From Mytilus trossulus (Eukaryota): a stretch of 64,000 nucleotides of DNA. The stretch covers positions 45,074,001 to 45,138,000 of the forward strand of contig NC_086383.1 in NCBI RefSeq assembly GCF_036588685.1, written 5' to 3'. Shown here piece by piece: positions 1 to 15,000 of this stretch; position 1 is the stretch's first letter; every line of letters begins with the position of its first letter. Below the pieces are notes generated by a model. The model was not told the DNA's origin. It did no database searches and saw nothing but the letters and a program-made list of their open reading frames with translations. Made by a program: the position numbers and the translations under genes.

Positions 1-3000
1 GATCTGATGCAGATTGTGAATCATTTCTTTTCTTCTCTCATCTTTGAAAAGTTCGATCTAAAAAATTACAATAAAATTTAATTTTGATAGTGACCTACTG
101 ATTAGAATTATCACTGGGTTTGTACCTATATAAGTAACACTATATGTGCTACATGTGGAGCAGGGTGTGGTTACCATTCTGAAGCACCCTAGAGTATCTC
201 CTTTTTTGGGTTGTGTTTGTGTTGCTCAGACTTTAGTTTTCTATGATGTGTTTATCTTTTGGTGGTTTTTCGTTTTTAGCTGTGGCCTATAGCTAGCTTG
301 TCAGTTTCCTGTTGGCAATGAGTTTGAATATCCCTTTGGTAACAAAGTTTGCCTCTCTCTTTTTAATCTGTTTATTGATTTTTATTTCGTACAGATGATG
401 TCTTCACCATATCATAATTTATAACTCTGAATAAAGATCAGACATTTTTTATTAAATATATACCTTGAAGTGTCATTGACTCATTGACATTGTTTATTCA
501 AAATGGCAATTAGAATTTGATTTTAAAATGGACAAAGATTGGTTTGAGAGATATCTTTTTTGTGGCTGTGAAAATAAATAACTGAAAGTCTGTTCCTCTA
601 TCCAATTGAATAAATAAATTGTTACTTGTTGTTAAAAGATAAAAAGTTATAGCAGCACCATGGATGTATATGATCAAAGCTGTGTAGATTTGTAGAAAGA
701 AACAACTTATTTTTGTTGGTATATTCAGTGGCAGATCCAGAACTTTTCATAAAGGGGAGTGGGGGAGGGGGGGCCTGCTGACTGACCGAAAAGGGAGTGG
801 GGCTCCATTAATGCTTCAGTGATTCCCTATATAATCAACCAAATTTTTCCCACAAAAGGGGGGGCCTGGGCACCCCTCCCCCTTGATCCGCCTATGATAT
901 TATCTGTATATAAACAGTTAATGCAAACTGCTGTATAACTCTATTTTGGTAATGATCTAATTTTTGGCTCATAAGATATAAATAAAACTTTAACTAAATT
1001 TTTCTTTTATTCAAGAGATAAAATTTTTATAAATAATAAAGGGGCATATTCAGCCCATTTTAATATCTCCATTCTAAAGTATTGATTATCAAAAAAAGGG
1101 GGGTCAAACCCCTCCCCCAAACCCCTGGATCTTCCACTGTAATACCACACTCAAATGCTAACTGACGGAATAAATGACTCAAAAGGTATTATAAAAAAAC
1201 AATAACATTCTAAATTGTCAGTCAGTTGATTTTTGGCAAAATCTCTGATTGTCAAATACCCACTACTCCTTTTATTTATATTCCAAACTCTGAAATATCA
1301 AATCAATATATATCAAAGGAAGAAAATGTCTATTTACATTTAAATACCCCTTTTAACTAAAGTCTTTTAAGTGCAAAGTCATAATAATTAAATAACAACA
1401 GGTAAAAGATAATGAAGTACAAAATGTATTTATAAATGCACTATAAATAACTTTCTGATAGAGTAATGCGCAAGTGACAAGTAATCTATTTCCTGTAAGT
1501 ATATGGCTTATTCTATAACTGTACAGTGAAGAAAAATGGCACATTCCTAATCTGTATACTGAAGAAAAATGTCTTATTCTCAAACTGAGCACATAGCACA
1601 ATCTTTTGCAGTGTGTCAAATTTGTGAGGAGTCACCAGATTTAAAATGGAAGTGTATTGAATGTGAATTACTATTTTGTAACAATTGTTCAACAAAGTTT
1701 CATTCAAAAAGCAAAAGTCTAGCAGAACATCATGTCTATGATATAAAAGATTGTGGAGCTGAGAGTACAATAGATTCTATCCGTCTAAATGCTCTGGTGA
1801 ATATAACCTGCCAATTACACACAGGTAAAAAATGCTCTGTTTTTTGCAAAGACTGTGCCGTAACAATATGTACTAAATGTATAAAGGAATTGCATACAGA
1901 CCATGACTTTTGTGATATAAGTGAAGTGTATGAAGAAAAATTATTGAAAATGAAGAGCTATGAGAATAAAGTTGAATCACACATAGAATTTTATTCACAG
2001 GAGGAAGAAAGACTGCAACAAAAGATGTCAACTGGACAAAAACATTATAATGAAATTAAGGAAAATATATCGGAGCAAGAAAACCAAATAGTTAATGCTG
2101 TTAGAAATCATTCAAAAAAGCTTTTAAGTGAAGTAGATTCCCACTGGAAGCCAACTGAGGAAGTTTTGCAACAACAAATCGCGACTATAATGCAAACAAA
2201 TGAGGAGTTAGAGTTGACAAAAAATGAAATCAATAAAACTCTTCAGTCCATTGATGCATCCAAAGTCCTGACAGCAAATATTCAAGCAAAAGAAAAACTA
2301 CTAAAACAAGCTCTCATTACACCAACAAATTTGAAGAACTTTGAGTTTGTAAACAAATCTTTTTCTAACAATGTAATTTGTAGAATTTTTGGCCATGTCT
2401 ATGCAGCTCCAAAATTTGAACTGGTCAAATCTTATGAAAACAGCATAATTTCTAGTGCATCAAAAATGTTAGTACTGGAAAATAATTCTGCTATAATAGC
2501 AAGTATCTGGGAAGATAAATTATACAAAGTAACGCTATCAAATGACTATATAAGCATTGATACTGAGACAACACAATCTTTGTATGACATGGCCATGATG
2601 CAAAATGGCAATGATATCATTTTCTCAGAAAAAGCATCTGATTTGAAAATCCTAAATCTCGGCAGCCTGAGTGACATTAACAGGATTAAATATTTTAAGA
2701 TATTTCATTCATGTCATCCGTTTATAACATTAGGTTTGCATGTAAGCATGGATAATCATATTCTTGTAGGAATAGCAGAGTCCAAGTCTTTTCCAACATC
2801 AAAAGCAGACAGTGCGAATAGAATAATAGTTCTTAGTTCTGAGGGAGAAGTTGAAAAAGTGCATGAGTTTGCTGCAGACCAAGAAAGACTTTTTACTAGA
2901 CCAATTAGAATCAAGACAGACTTTAAAAACAATATATATGTTGTTGATCTTGTTGACAAATCATTCGGAAAGTATGAAGGGAGAGTAGTAACAATTGAAT

Positions 3001-6000
3001 GGACAGGGAACCTTAGATGGATCTATACTGGGGTTCAAATCTTCGACAAATTTTTCCCTAGGGATGTTGAAGTTACTTCAACTGGTACTGTTTTAGTTTC
3101 TGATGAGAAAAATCATGCTTTACATCTTTTGAGCCAAGCTGGGGAAATATTGGGATGCAAAACACTTGCTGAAATGGGGATTAGACTACCACACTGCTTA
3201 TATATGACTGAAAGTGAAGAATTATGGGTTGCATGCAGAAAAGATGATAAATATAGCAATGCCAAGCTCCACTTATTAAAGCTTAATTACCTTATGTAAA
3301 GAGGGTACATGTATATACAATACTGTATATTCAGAAACTATTGCATGCAATTTTTATTGCGATTATGACATTTTAGAACACGATTTTTGTGATATTATGA
3401 AAAATCCTGTTTTATTCATATTATATAAATTTTATTAAATGTGAGTTTAAATTATTGGGATTGTAACCCAGTCGTATTATTTCACATAAGTAAAATCATT
3501 GCAATAATTTCAGCATTTAGAGTAATGTAAAACATTCATATCAAGTCATTTTTAGTTCTTGGAATCATCAATTTGAGTGTCTTCTACAACATTTTAACAT
3601 TTTGTAACTTCATTATAAGATCTATCACAGATACATCCAAAAATATAGGTCCTTTTATTAATAAAGTGACATCATAATGAACAATCATCTCTTACTTTAG
3701 ATTTAGAATTCTTTTAGTTAATAACTTAACATTGTGTTTGCTGTATAATAACTCAACATTGTGTTTGCTGTATAATGAACAAAATTACAAGATAAATTTG
3801 GAGATTTTGGGGAATACTGCATGGGATAATGCTGTCAAATTGTAAAATGTGAGTTTTTGTCTTTGGAAGAACTATCCAGTCTTAAAAGGGGAGAAAAGAG
3901 CAAAAACTTGTGAATTTGCATACATGTATTTAAATTATAATTGTGACATGGAAAATGAATAAATGTGAAAGCTATTTCTATTTTTATGGAGTATGTGTTT
4001 GAGTGCATTTACTTTGAATTATAAGAATATAAAGAACTAAATGGTGGCCCCATTGCTGGCAATGCTAATTTTAGCAATTATATCCTTAAATGGTGTTTTT
4101 AATAAACTAATTATGGAAAAACTGCTGTGATCTAATTGGAGCTCAGTATCTATTTGTGATTTTACCACACTTAAATCAGGGATGGGGTCGATTACTTTAA
4201 AATGTAATCTATTAAATTACAACTACTTTGCTAATAAAATGTAATCGATTACATTACAACTACACCTTATTTCAAATGTAATCGATTATATTAGAGATTA
4301 CTTTTCTTTACATAATTATGATTACTTTGGATTACTTATGATTACATTCAATATTGCAATATCAAAGAATTTCTTACAAAATTTTATTCTCTCGGAAAGG
4401 CTTATTTTGGTGATTTTTAAGCCTTAATTTATTCATCTTTTATAAAAGAATTTAGACAAGTACAGTGTAACATGTGAAAAGTTTGATACCAAATCAATGT
4501 GTCATAGAGAGAGAGAGAGAAGGTCACAGTCTGTTTACTGGACTAGTGTCCTTTCTCTAGAACTTGAATTGTAAGTGGTAGACACAGGCAGTCTTCAGAA
4601 ATGATCACTGGACAATAAAACAAATCAAATGAAAGAGGGTGAGTCTCCCCATCCCCACCCACATCAATTTGAGAATGTTCCAGGAGCATAGCTCCCTATA
4701 CTCTAAGTTAACACGCAGTTGTGTGCACATCGATTCGGCATGCAACAAAATAATTTATAAATTGAATGTTAAATGAAACATGCACCTGTGTTGTCAATAT
4801 TCAATTGATGAAATATCATTAAATAACGGCATTTGATTTCAAAATTAAAGTTTTATTGGAGATTATGACAAAATCGGATAGTAACTTGTATCTTTTACAA
4901 GATTTGAATTTTTTATACTCAGTCTAAGACATGTAGTTTTGGAGCACATTTTTCAGTGTACGTATGGTTCATCAGTTTGAAATGAGGTTTACCAATCGGC
5001 ATTAGAATTATCAGAACCCTTAGATATCGTTGATAATATGCCGAGGGGATGTGGTTGACAGACTACCAGAGCCAATCCCCATGCAAACACGCCAAATCAG
5101 TATTGGAAAGTCCCACTATTTTTTTGTGTTCATAGACCATATGATAAGGGAACTGGAAGTGGAGTCGCGTCTTCTATTATCAGAAAATTGCTTCTGTGCA
5201 CTGTATCTGCTTCATCGTGTTGTAGGAAATATCACAAATGAACAAATCTGAACATTGCCTGAGACATAGGAAACTGACCTTGCATGTAATTTTGACAATG
5301 TTGATCATATAAATTTTAGGACAAATTTGTGCTTGCATGAAACTTTATGCTTTCCAGAAGAGAAAATATAAAAATGATATATCAACCAATCACAGATAGC
5401 CAGCTATGTTTATCTCTATGTCAATATTGTTCCCTTCACAAATGCTGTACCCATATAATTTTATTTAGTATACATTGTAGCCATAAAATTGATATGACAA
5501 GGGGAGTAACTCAACACAAATTATGAATCGTGACTTGTAACAGTTGTAAGTAAATAAAATACTAAAAATGTCAAGGAACAGTACATTTTGTATTTTATCC
5601 AGCAAGTAAATGAAGGTTATTCTTGATAAAAAAAAATAAAAAATTTAGAAATATGAAGGATGTCAACATCCCTATTTTGTTGTAAAAAAAGCAGGAATAC
5701 TGTATGAAAAAAATGAACATTGTATCAAAACAAAAAACTTACGAAACTTCTTCTAAACACACATATTTTTTGCAATATTAAATGTTTCCTACAGAGATTC
5801 CAGTTTGTTTACTTTAAATACTAGAAAAATCTATTTTTTTTCTAAATTTGAAAACCATTTTTATCGATAAAGATTAGACAGTACTTCACATATGAAGGTA
5901 CAACTCATGTTACGTAATGGACATTTTGATGCGTTTTGTAGTGGACAAAAAGTTTCGTAGTTGACATCAACCCTATTATATGTTAATAAAAACATAATAC

Positions 6001-9000
6001 AAATTACATGAAACTAACCCTTGTTATTTGTTTTGCACGAGTATAATTGAAAAAAGATTAAAAAAAGACTGCATGGTAGTGGTAGTGTCCACCACAAAAC
6101 GTTTTTCGTAGGGGACCGTTTCGTAGGGGACATATTCGCATGTTTTATTTTTTCCCCCACAATCCCTATATTGTAATATTTAGCAACAAGACTGATTGTA
6201 TTCATCAAAGCATTTATTAAGCTGTACACTGATGATTTTTCGTAATTTTAAAGCCAGATACTGAAGGAGATTTGACCCGTTTCATAGTGGACATTAACAA
6301 AAATATGGTATCACTCTGGTCCATTTGATGTGCTTAATTTTTCTTACCAACAATTTAATTGCCGTTATAAAAGCATCACTTCTTTTGTAAAACCCTAATG
6401 TTTATATCTCTTGCAAACAAAAATTACATTGATTTTATAAAACTGTTTATTGGCAAATTTTAATTACTTCGTTTTGTAGTGGACATTTTATGAGGGACAC
6501 ACCTTCTGAATTTAAAAATCCTATATTGAAAGCTGTTTATTAAAATATGTTGGCTCTGAACATACTTTTGAATTATTAATGAACTTATGTAAAGTAAAAA
6601 TAACATTTATTTCTTCATTTTTTTACGAAATTTTAGAGTATGAATGTTGAACAGGCGGTCTAAGGACATGCCATTTTGGTTGTTTTAGACCATTCAGGAG
6701 TCAATATCTTATCAATCCCTCTGATAATAAACTGTTTCTTTGCTTAAAAATGTTAAATCTAATTCAATATACTGACTGCACAAAAAAATACTTGCAAAGA
6801 TCAAACAATTTTTTTTTTAAAGTGGCTGGGACAAGAAAATACGTTTTTATTTAAAAACGCCCTTGTACCGAAATATAAATGAAATAGACAATGAACAATT
6901 CAACATTCTAGTATTAAAACTGAATTCAAACTAACAGATAAACAACATGTTCATTGGTTGTCTGCCGTCAAAAACTAATGGTAAAGAATGTACAGATTCA
7001 TTTCTTAATGCACAGTTTAAAGAGTGTTCTTTGGTCAGGTTTATGAATTTGTGTCAGATGTTCAGACTCCTTGGTTATTTTCCTATGATACAAGGTAACA
7101 TTTATGCTCCATCAAACAAGTTTTTCTTTTCATACAAATGTAAAAGACTTCAAAAGCACATGAAATGTCATTTACTAAAATTCAAGCAGATTCTAAATTT
7201 CTTATCTTTCAATTTGAGACCCAAATAATACCAATGCAAATATAAGGTGAAGGTCAACTGTATCCAGTTATTTTAAAAAAAAACGTATCTCCAAATTAAT
7301 TAAACTATCGATTTTTGTAGTTTATTTTGTTCCTTGCTCAAAGCTCTTTCTACTTACAACTATCAATTCTAAATTATAGATTTTATTTAATTTCACATAA
7401 TATTTTTAAGTACATTTTTGTCGAGCCTTCGACTTTAGTCGAAAAAGCGAGACTAAGCGATCCTACATTCCGTCGGCGTCGACGGCGGCAGCGGCGGCGT
7501 CCACAAATATTCACTCTGTGGTTAAAGTTTTTGAAATTTTAATAACTTTCTTAAACCATACTGGATTTCTTCCAAACTTGGACAGAAGCTTGTTTATGAT
7601 CATAAGATAGTATCCAGAAGTAAATTTTGTGAAAATAAAATTCAATTTTTTCCGTATTTTACTTATAAATGGACTTAGTTTTCCTGCGGAAAAACATAAC
7701 ATTCACTCTGTGGTTAAAGTTTTTAAAATTTTAATAACTTTCTTAAACTATCCTGGATTTGTACCAAACTTGGACAGAAGCTTGTTTATGATCATTAGAT
7801 AGTATCCAGAAGTAAATTTTGTAAAACAATAAATCCATTTTTTCCGTATTTTACTTTAAATGGACTTAGATTTTCTGCCAGGTAACAACACATTCACTCT
7901 TTGATTACATTTTTAAAAATTTTGATAACTTTCTTAAAAACTTAAGAAGCTTCTTACAATTAAAAGATAGTATCAAGCAGAATATTTTTATTGATTTTTT
8001 CCCTCAATTTACAGCAAAAGTAGGCGAGACACTGGGTTCCACGGAACCCTTACAAATTTTTTAAATGAATATTCAATGCAAAACTTTCAACTTCCTTAGT
8101 GATTGAATTAACAGATTCCAGTTTTCTTACATATTGCACGGTGTATTTCTGTGGATTCAGTTATTTTCAAGGATATTAATTTTCATGGATTGCTAAAAAC
8201 GGTGTGTTCCCATTTTGCCTTAACTGTGAATTCCAGGTAAAAAAGGTATAAAATATACTAAGGCCAGATGGGAATTGAACTAAGGTGAAATGTGAATTTA
8301 GATAAAAATATTATATATGGATATATCTTTATTCTCAATAAACCATCATTTTGACAAGGTATAGAGAGGTATTAAATAAACAAATTAAACCTTTTGTGTT
8401 TTTATAGCAATTTGAACAACATGTAATTAGGGATTTGTTTCTCTTTAATTATTTTTTTTAATAAAAGTGACCATTTTTATGATTTCAAAAGTTGTGAAAT
8501 CAGGAAAAATCTACAATAAAAAAATGTAGATCTAGCTGGAAAGTTGCTTCTACTGAAATATTGTTTGTTGATCATGTTGATATTTAATAAAAGTTGCAAT
8601 TTTTTTTTAATTCATGCAGTTAGAAAAATTAAAATAATTCAATTATCCTTTACATTGTGCAACATAAAAAGTTTAATAGAAAGAAAAAAAACATATTTTC
8701 CCACAGACTTGTTTAATTACATAACAGAAACTTTAGTAAAAAAAATATTAAAAAATCTCCAAAGCCTTGCTAATTATATATAAAAAGCAAAATCCATGGT
8801 ATTCAATGACTTGACGTCTTCAAGATTTGAACAAATTACCAATGATTAGTTTATCATGAGATGCACAGACCAATTAGACTGCACAAAAACTGCCTTCATT
8901 CGAAAGCAGGAGATCAGCACTCTACCAGACAAAACTGCAATCACGTTTACCAAATACTTAACCAAGAATACACACCTCGGAAAACGCACCACAGACTAAA

Positions 9001-12000
9001 TTAATACCTGCACCAAGTTAACGTATAATTGTGATATGAAGAGAGGTCAGAAACCTACAACCAACCTGGAACCACCACCCAACAGAAGGACCAGGTCAAA
9101 TAATCATTTAGAAGGCTGGCATAACAAGATCCAAAAGACAGCCAAAACAACACATCCAAATATATTTTAAATGATCAATGTGTTCAAGAAAGAGTAGGTA
9201 GCTTACGAGGAAAAGAAAGTCATGGCAGTGTGCAGCAGGTGGCAAGATGAGAGGAAAACCCAAGAAGTATAGATAAATAGAAGAAAGATTCACCACTTTA
9301 AAGGTAACTCTACACAATGGTACAACTGACTATATTCAGTATGGTGATGCAGCATCTTACATCCTCAAACTTGGAAACTAAATTAACCTTGAACATTCAA
9401 ATATGTATATCAGTGCCTTGTACTTGTATGAGTTTTGTCTTTATTTATTCATTCAAATATGAAATGTTCATATCCAATTTGTCATCTCTAATAAGACTTT
9501 ATTTACAAAATATAACACATTAGTAAAAAAAAACACTTTCAGTAAAAAAAGAGCAACTATAAAAAGTGACACACCAAAAATGAAAAAAATATCTTTCCTT
9601 TAAAAAGTATTTCATGGTAGAATTTGACATCAAAATAACAAATATCAACTAATTGCAATACAAACAAAACATAACTTAATTTTATTGTTTACAGAAGCTC
9701 CCATTTCGCCTTAGTTAATTCTTGTGTACCTGAAAATTTGGTTCATTCTGGCTATTCCTACATTTTGAATTTTATAGGTAAAATAGTAAAATCTTATGTA
9801 GGAGTTCCCAGAATTTGTATGTAAACAATCGGATTATGTAGGATTATATTGTAACAACACTTAACTAATTATTTAAGGTAAATCCAGGTAATTCTTGTGG
9901 AAAATAACATAAATTTTATTACAATGTTTTAAATTCAGTCAATATTTCAATATTTTATATATAAATTTGTTAAAAGCAAATTTGTGGTAAATAATATTCA
10001 AAAACACAAAATGAATTTATAGGCTCAATGTTATTTACAAGTATTTGAAATTATATAAAAGTACATTTGTAAATGATATCAATTGAAATATAAAGTTATC
10101 TAAATTGTAGTAATTTTTCTTTGAAATAAAGCACTAATAAATAAGAAATAAATTTTGAGTTACACTACATACTCATTGAAATAAAGCACCAAAAGTACAC
10201 TAAATTGACATTAAAGCAGAGCATTTATACAGTAAAAAATTTCATTTAATTAAACACATAAGAATAAACAAAGTCTGAATGAATGTTCAGCAGATGAGAA
10301 GCAGCATCTACATACTAGATTGGCACACTTTCATAATTCTGTAACCTTGTTTTCAATGTTTGAATACAAAAATTGGAAAATGTGGTATATTTCCATATGC
10401 GACAACTCTCCACAAGAGACCAAAATGACACAGAAATTGACAACTATAGGTCACCGAATGGCCTTCAACAATGAGCAAAGCCAATACCGCATAGTCAGCT
10501 TAAAGACCCCGAAGTGACAATTAGAAATTCATCTCACAAAACACCAAGTGGACGTGGACGAGTACTAATACATCCCCACAACAAGACAACAATTTGTACA
10601 GATCTGAGAGTACTCGCAGTTAGTGACAGCTAGTTTAAATCCGATAACAACTAATAAAAAAATTCATCCATCTCAGACTAAAATATCAAGCTGTTCACAT
10701 CTGACATCCTATGGATTTAGAAAAAAACCATCACAAAGTCTGTCATCTATTTCCCTGTATATTTTCTCCTTCTTGGACCATGTTTACCACCAATTCTTTA
10801 ATGCTTAGTGTGAAGCAAGAGCAAGGAAGGCTTTTTCTTGACTCAACAACTTGATCAAGCTGAAGATGTTTGGGTGTGGTGCATTGGCTAACTTCTTTAG
10901 TTTATTATGTCAACCTTCTAAATGATTTGTTGTTAAAAAATCATTTTTTATTCAAATAATGAAACCATTCAAATCTTTGAAGCTTAAGTTGAAATTGGTG
11001 GGTACTATTAAATGCTTTAACTACCTTTTCTTTTAAATGATTTCATTTTCAAGAAATTCCATATTAGAAACACTTTATAATAAAACTTGATACGGGTTTT
11101 CCAACTACCATAAAGCAACATTTTTTACATAAATTTCATATAATTAACCAGTTGAATTTTTGCAAAATAATTGCTCAACTTTGTTTTTGTACCATTTATT
11201 TGATTTTTGCTTTAGGTTCCAAAAAACGCCAGAATTATGGAACAAAATTATTATCAATCCTATACCTAAAGCAAACATGACAGATCCGCGCGACCCTTTG
11301 TCTTACAGAGGAATTGCATTAGCTTGTGTTTCCTATAAGCTTTATTGTAATATTTTAAACGAAAGGCTTGTGCAATGGATAGATGACAATAACATATTAG
11401 TCGACGAACAAAATGGTTTCCGTCAAAATCGAAGCACTATAGACCAATTGTCTTCTCTTACAAACATAATTGAAGTCAGAAAGAAGCTTCGTAAATCTAC
11501 TTTCTGTGCGTTTATTGATTTTAAAAAGGCATATGATACCATCAATAGAAATATACTATGGTCCAAGTTAAATATAATGGGGGTGGCTGAAAATTTTTGT
11601 GCTGCTATACAGTCTATTTATTCAAATATATTATGTTCAGTACGATTAAACGGCCATTTATCAGAATGGTTTAATGTTAACAGTGGTCTTATGTTGAATT
11701 TAAATGTGGGAATGATATCATTGAATATTCTTCTACTTATACATATTTGGGTGTAGTTTTAAGTGAATTTTTAGATTATAATGTAACTGATAAAGCTGTT
11801 GCAGCTTCTGCAAATAGAGCACTTGGCCTTGTTATAGCCAAGTGCAAAATTTTAGGTGGTGTTACTCATAATGTCTTTTCAAAATTATATGAGAGTTTGG
11901 TGCTTCCAATTGTTGAATATGGTGCTGGTATTTGGGGTTGCAAAAATTTTTCTTTTATAAATGCCATCCATAATAGAGCTTGCAGATTTTTTCTTGGAGT

Positions 12001-15000
12001 GGGTAAATATACTCCAAATGCTGCAGTTGCAGGGGATATGGGGTGGATACCTATCTTTCAAAAACAATGGCAATGCTTAATTCGACTATGGTGCCGTTTG
12101 AACAATATGAGTTCTGAGCGTTTAAACAGAAAAATTTTCATATGGGCAGACATTATGAGTAAAAAACATAAGTGTATAAAAAATTGGAATTTTTATGTAA
12201 GGCAAACGTTTTCTGAGTATAATGCAGAACATTTGTGTATCATTACAGATTATGTTGATAGTACCTCAGTTGTCAATACTGTTATGTCTAAAATAAAATG
12301 TTTAGTAAATATGTCGAACAGTGGCAAGGCAATTTAAAATCAGAGAAAGCTTTATCTGGTAAAGGGGGTAACAAACTTCGCACATATAATTTGTTTAAGA
12401 ACAGTTTTGAAACGGAAACTTATTGTAAAATTCCAATGCCATTTTCGCAAAGGAGTTCTTTTGCCAAATTTCGATGTGGTGTAGCACCACTAAGAATAGA
12501 AACGGGGAGATTTGAAAAATTAATTTTAAAAGATCGAGTATGTGATAATTGTACGAATGTTTTAGAAGATGAAGCCCATGTTATTTTATCGTGTCCTTTG
12601 TATGATGATTTTAGAAAAACATTATTTGATGAAGCAACACATTTTAATAGTGATTTTATGTCTTATGATGATAAACAGAAATTAGTGTTTTTATTTACAG
12701 ATAATAATATGATTCGTAGCTGTGCCAAAGCCTGTAATCTTATTTTAAATAGATGTAGAAATGTTTTATACTGTAAATAATGTTAATGTCAATATGTTTT
12801 ATAATAGATGCATTCTTTATATAATTTTTAATGTTATAGTCTCTTATAATTCTGTACAGAATGGCTCTCTTTTTATATTTATATATTTTTACATTTAATG
12901 TAATGTTGTATTATATATTATTGAGAGATGAGACTTAAATAAAATATTGAATTGAATTGAAAAAAAAAAAAAAAAATTATAAATAGTTATTTTATTTAAA
13001 ATCCACAGTTAAAGTTACCTGGGACCTAATTAGAGACTAATGATTAAAACAACATATCTTGCAATAACAACATCTATTGTTATTCCACTAATCCCCCATG
13101 TAGGAATAGCCAGAATAGAAAAATACAAAATGTAGGAATAGCCAGAAGACACCGAAAATTTGTACTAAGGCAAACTGGGATTAATTTTATATGTAAATTT
13201 GAATGAGAATAAGCCCTAAAAACTTGATTTTTTCGTGGATATTTGATTTCCTGAATCATCATATTGCCAATCTCTGTCATGTCTGTATACAAAGCCTATT
13301 GAAAATATGTTATTCATTGGACACTTGAATTCATGAATCACCTGTACCCACAAACCCACGGAAATTGGTATCAAATCAGGCCTCTACAATAACTTTTTTT
13401 TCAACTTGTCCAGTAGGACAAGTACATACCAAAACTTACTTGTTCGAATAAAATTGTAACTTGTCCAAAAAAAATCTTAATATTAACCTTTTTTGCATTT
13501 CAAGTTGATTCAAGGAACAAAATGAATTAAAAAAAATTGAACAGAATTTGATTTATATCCTTTGAAATACTTTTAAAAGATATGAGCCATGAACAACTGA
13601 ATTTAGTTGTGTCACAGGACTTAGGTTCTAGTTTTTATCAATGCTTAAGTCTCATCATACTTTGCACATAAGGCACCATCTGATTGGCCTCTAAATGTAC
13701 ACTCATTGGATTTTTATCCTATTTTTAAAAAGTTGAAAAAAGGTATTTCAAATGCAATCAATAAAAAGAATATGAGGTATGATTGTCAATGAGACAAAAG
13801 ACCAAATGACACAGAAATTATCAACTATAGGTCACTGCATTGCAAGTATTGTTTTTTCTACATAAAGATCAAACACGATTTGATGATTTTTATGGTAAAT
13901 AATTTCCTCATTCTTATTTAAAAAATACGTTATGGACATTGGTATTAATTATTATAAAGCAACAAAATAAGTTAGGAAAAGAAGTTCTGATTTGTCTTGG
14001 TCCAGAAATGTCTACTGCCTTGCCAAACTGTAAATTAATCATGTCTATGAAATATGTCTCCTACAGTGCCCAACTGTCTATTAAACTTGAAGCCGAATCA
14101 TTTCCGAGCTGGTGACAAACTGTCTTTTAAAGTTACCTTATCTAAAAAGCACATGGTTAAATGGGTTCGGTAAGACTGGTTTCTGAGAAAAGTGTGCTTT
14201 TTACCTGTTAAAAATACTTGACAAAGAACCAGTTTTAAATTATCGATTGCAAGTCTGAGGGGTCTTGAGAAATAAAAAGTTTCAATTAGTTTCAGTTTAA
14301 AAAGGAAAGATGTCAAACAAATCTTCTTTTCTTGTTTTTTTTGTTAATAATTATACTTTGTTTTGATTAAAATTTATTTTCTGCAGAATGATTCTACTTG
14401 TCCCATCGGAAAAGCTTGGTATAGCTTTTACTTGTCCAACCTTTTTTACCTCTGGTACCGGACAATCGGACAAGCGTTATTGTAGAGGCCTGCAAATGAA
14501 TATAAATGAATTCACAGTATACAGAAAAAAGTTACCTGCTCCTTATACAAATCCAGTCTTAAATGTTCATGCTCTTTGACCTGTTCAGGTGTTGGTTCCA
14601 GTAAGTTTTCTTTTGGTTTTACCAATAAGCACACACCTTCAATAAACATGCAAATTTGTTTTTAATAAATATAAAAGAATCATGCAAGAACAAATTGCAA
14701 ATTTGTTTTTATTAAATATAAAAGAATATAAACATATGAGGGGCCTGATAGGGGGTCTCATCACGATTCACGAGTTGACTTTTTTGTCAATCACAATTCA
14801 CAGAAAATAAATTTCCATGTTCATGGATCAAATATATTCTGTAGAAAAACAGATCACAATAGGGAATATGTGCCATTCACGAAGGACGAAAATAACCCAT
14901 CAGGCCCCTCACATATAAGTCTAAGATTGATAAACATGCCTTCAACTACAGTCATGAAAGATGGACAATACGATGATTTTGAGTCAAAAGTAAAAATTTA

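Larger units (their letters stand above)
9741..13153 (-). mobile_element. Non-autonomous Mutator-like (MULE) element with 9-bp TSD; hosts the LINE fragment
   Basis: TIR TTCTGGCTATTCCTACATTTTG / CAAAATGTAGGAATAGCCAGAA; flanking repeat GAAAATTTG at 9732-9740 and 13154-13162; decayed transposase TTNHLEG*HNKLKKLANAPHPNIF on minus at about 10935-10720. Confidence 0.8.
8191..13185 (+). mobile_element. Older outer MULE relic interrupted by the 9741-13153 element
   Basis: Terminal motifs TTCCCATTTTGCCTTAAC...ACTAAGGCCAGATGGGAA (left) and CCCATTTCGCCTTAGT...ACTAAGGCAAACTGGGA (right, split by the insertion); transposase remnants LPSFESRRSALY (about 8890) and RSNNHLEGWHNKIQKTAKTTHPNIF* (about 9093-9170). 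Confidence 0.65.

Noticed and set aside
4177-5260. Complete hAT element starting CAGGGATGGGGTCGATTAC
   Set aside because: Only one terminus with GATTAC repeats was seen; no matching end or transposase frame was found.
11160-12780. Three ORFs as functional RT genes
   Set aside because: A single frameshifted, truncated LINE that lacks the catalytic YADD motif.
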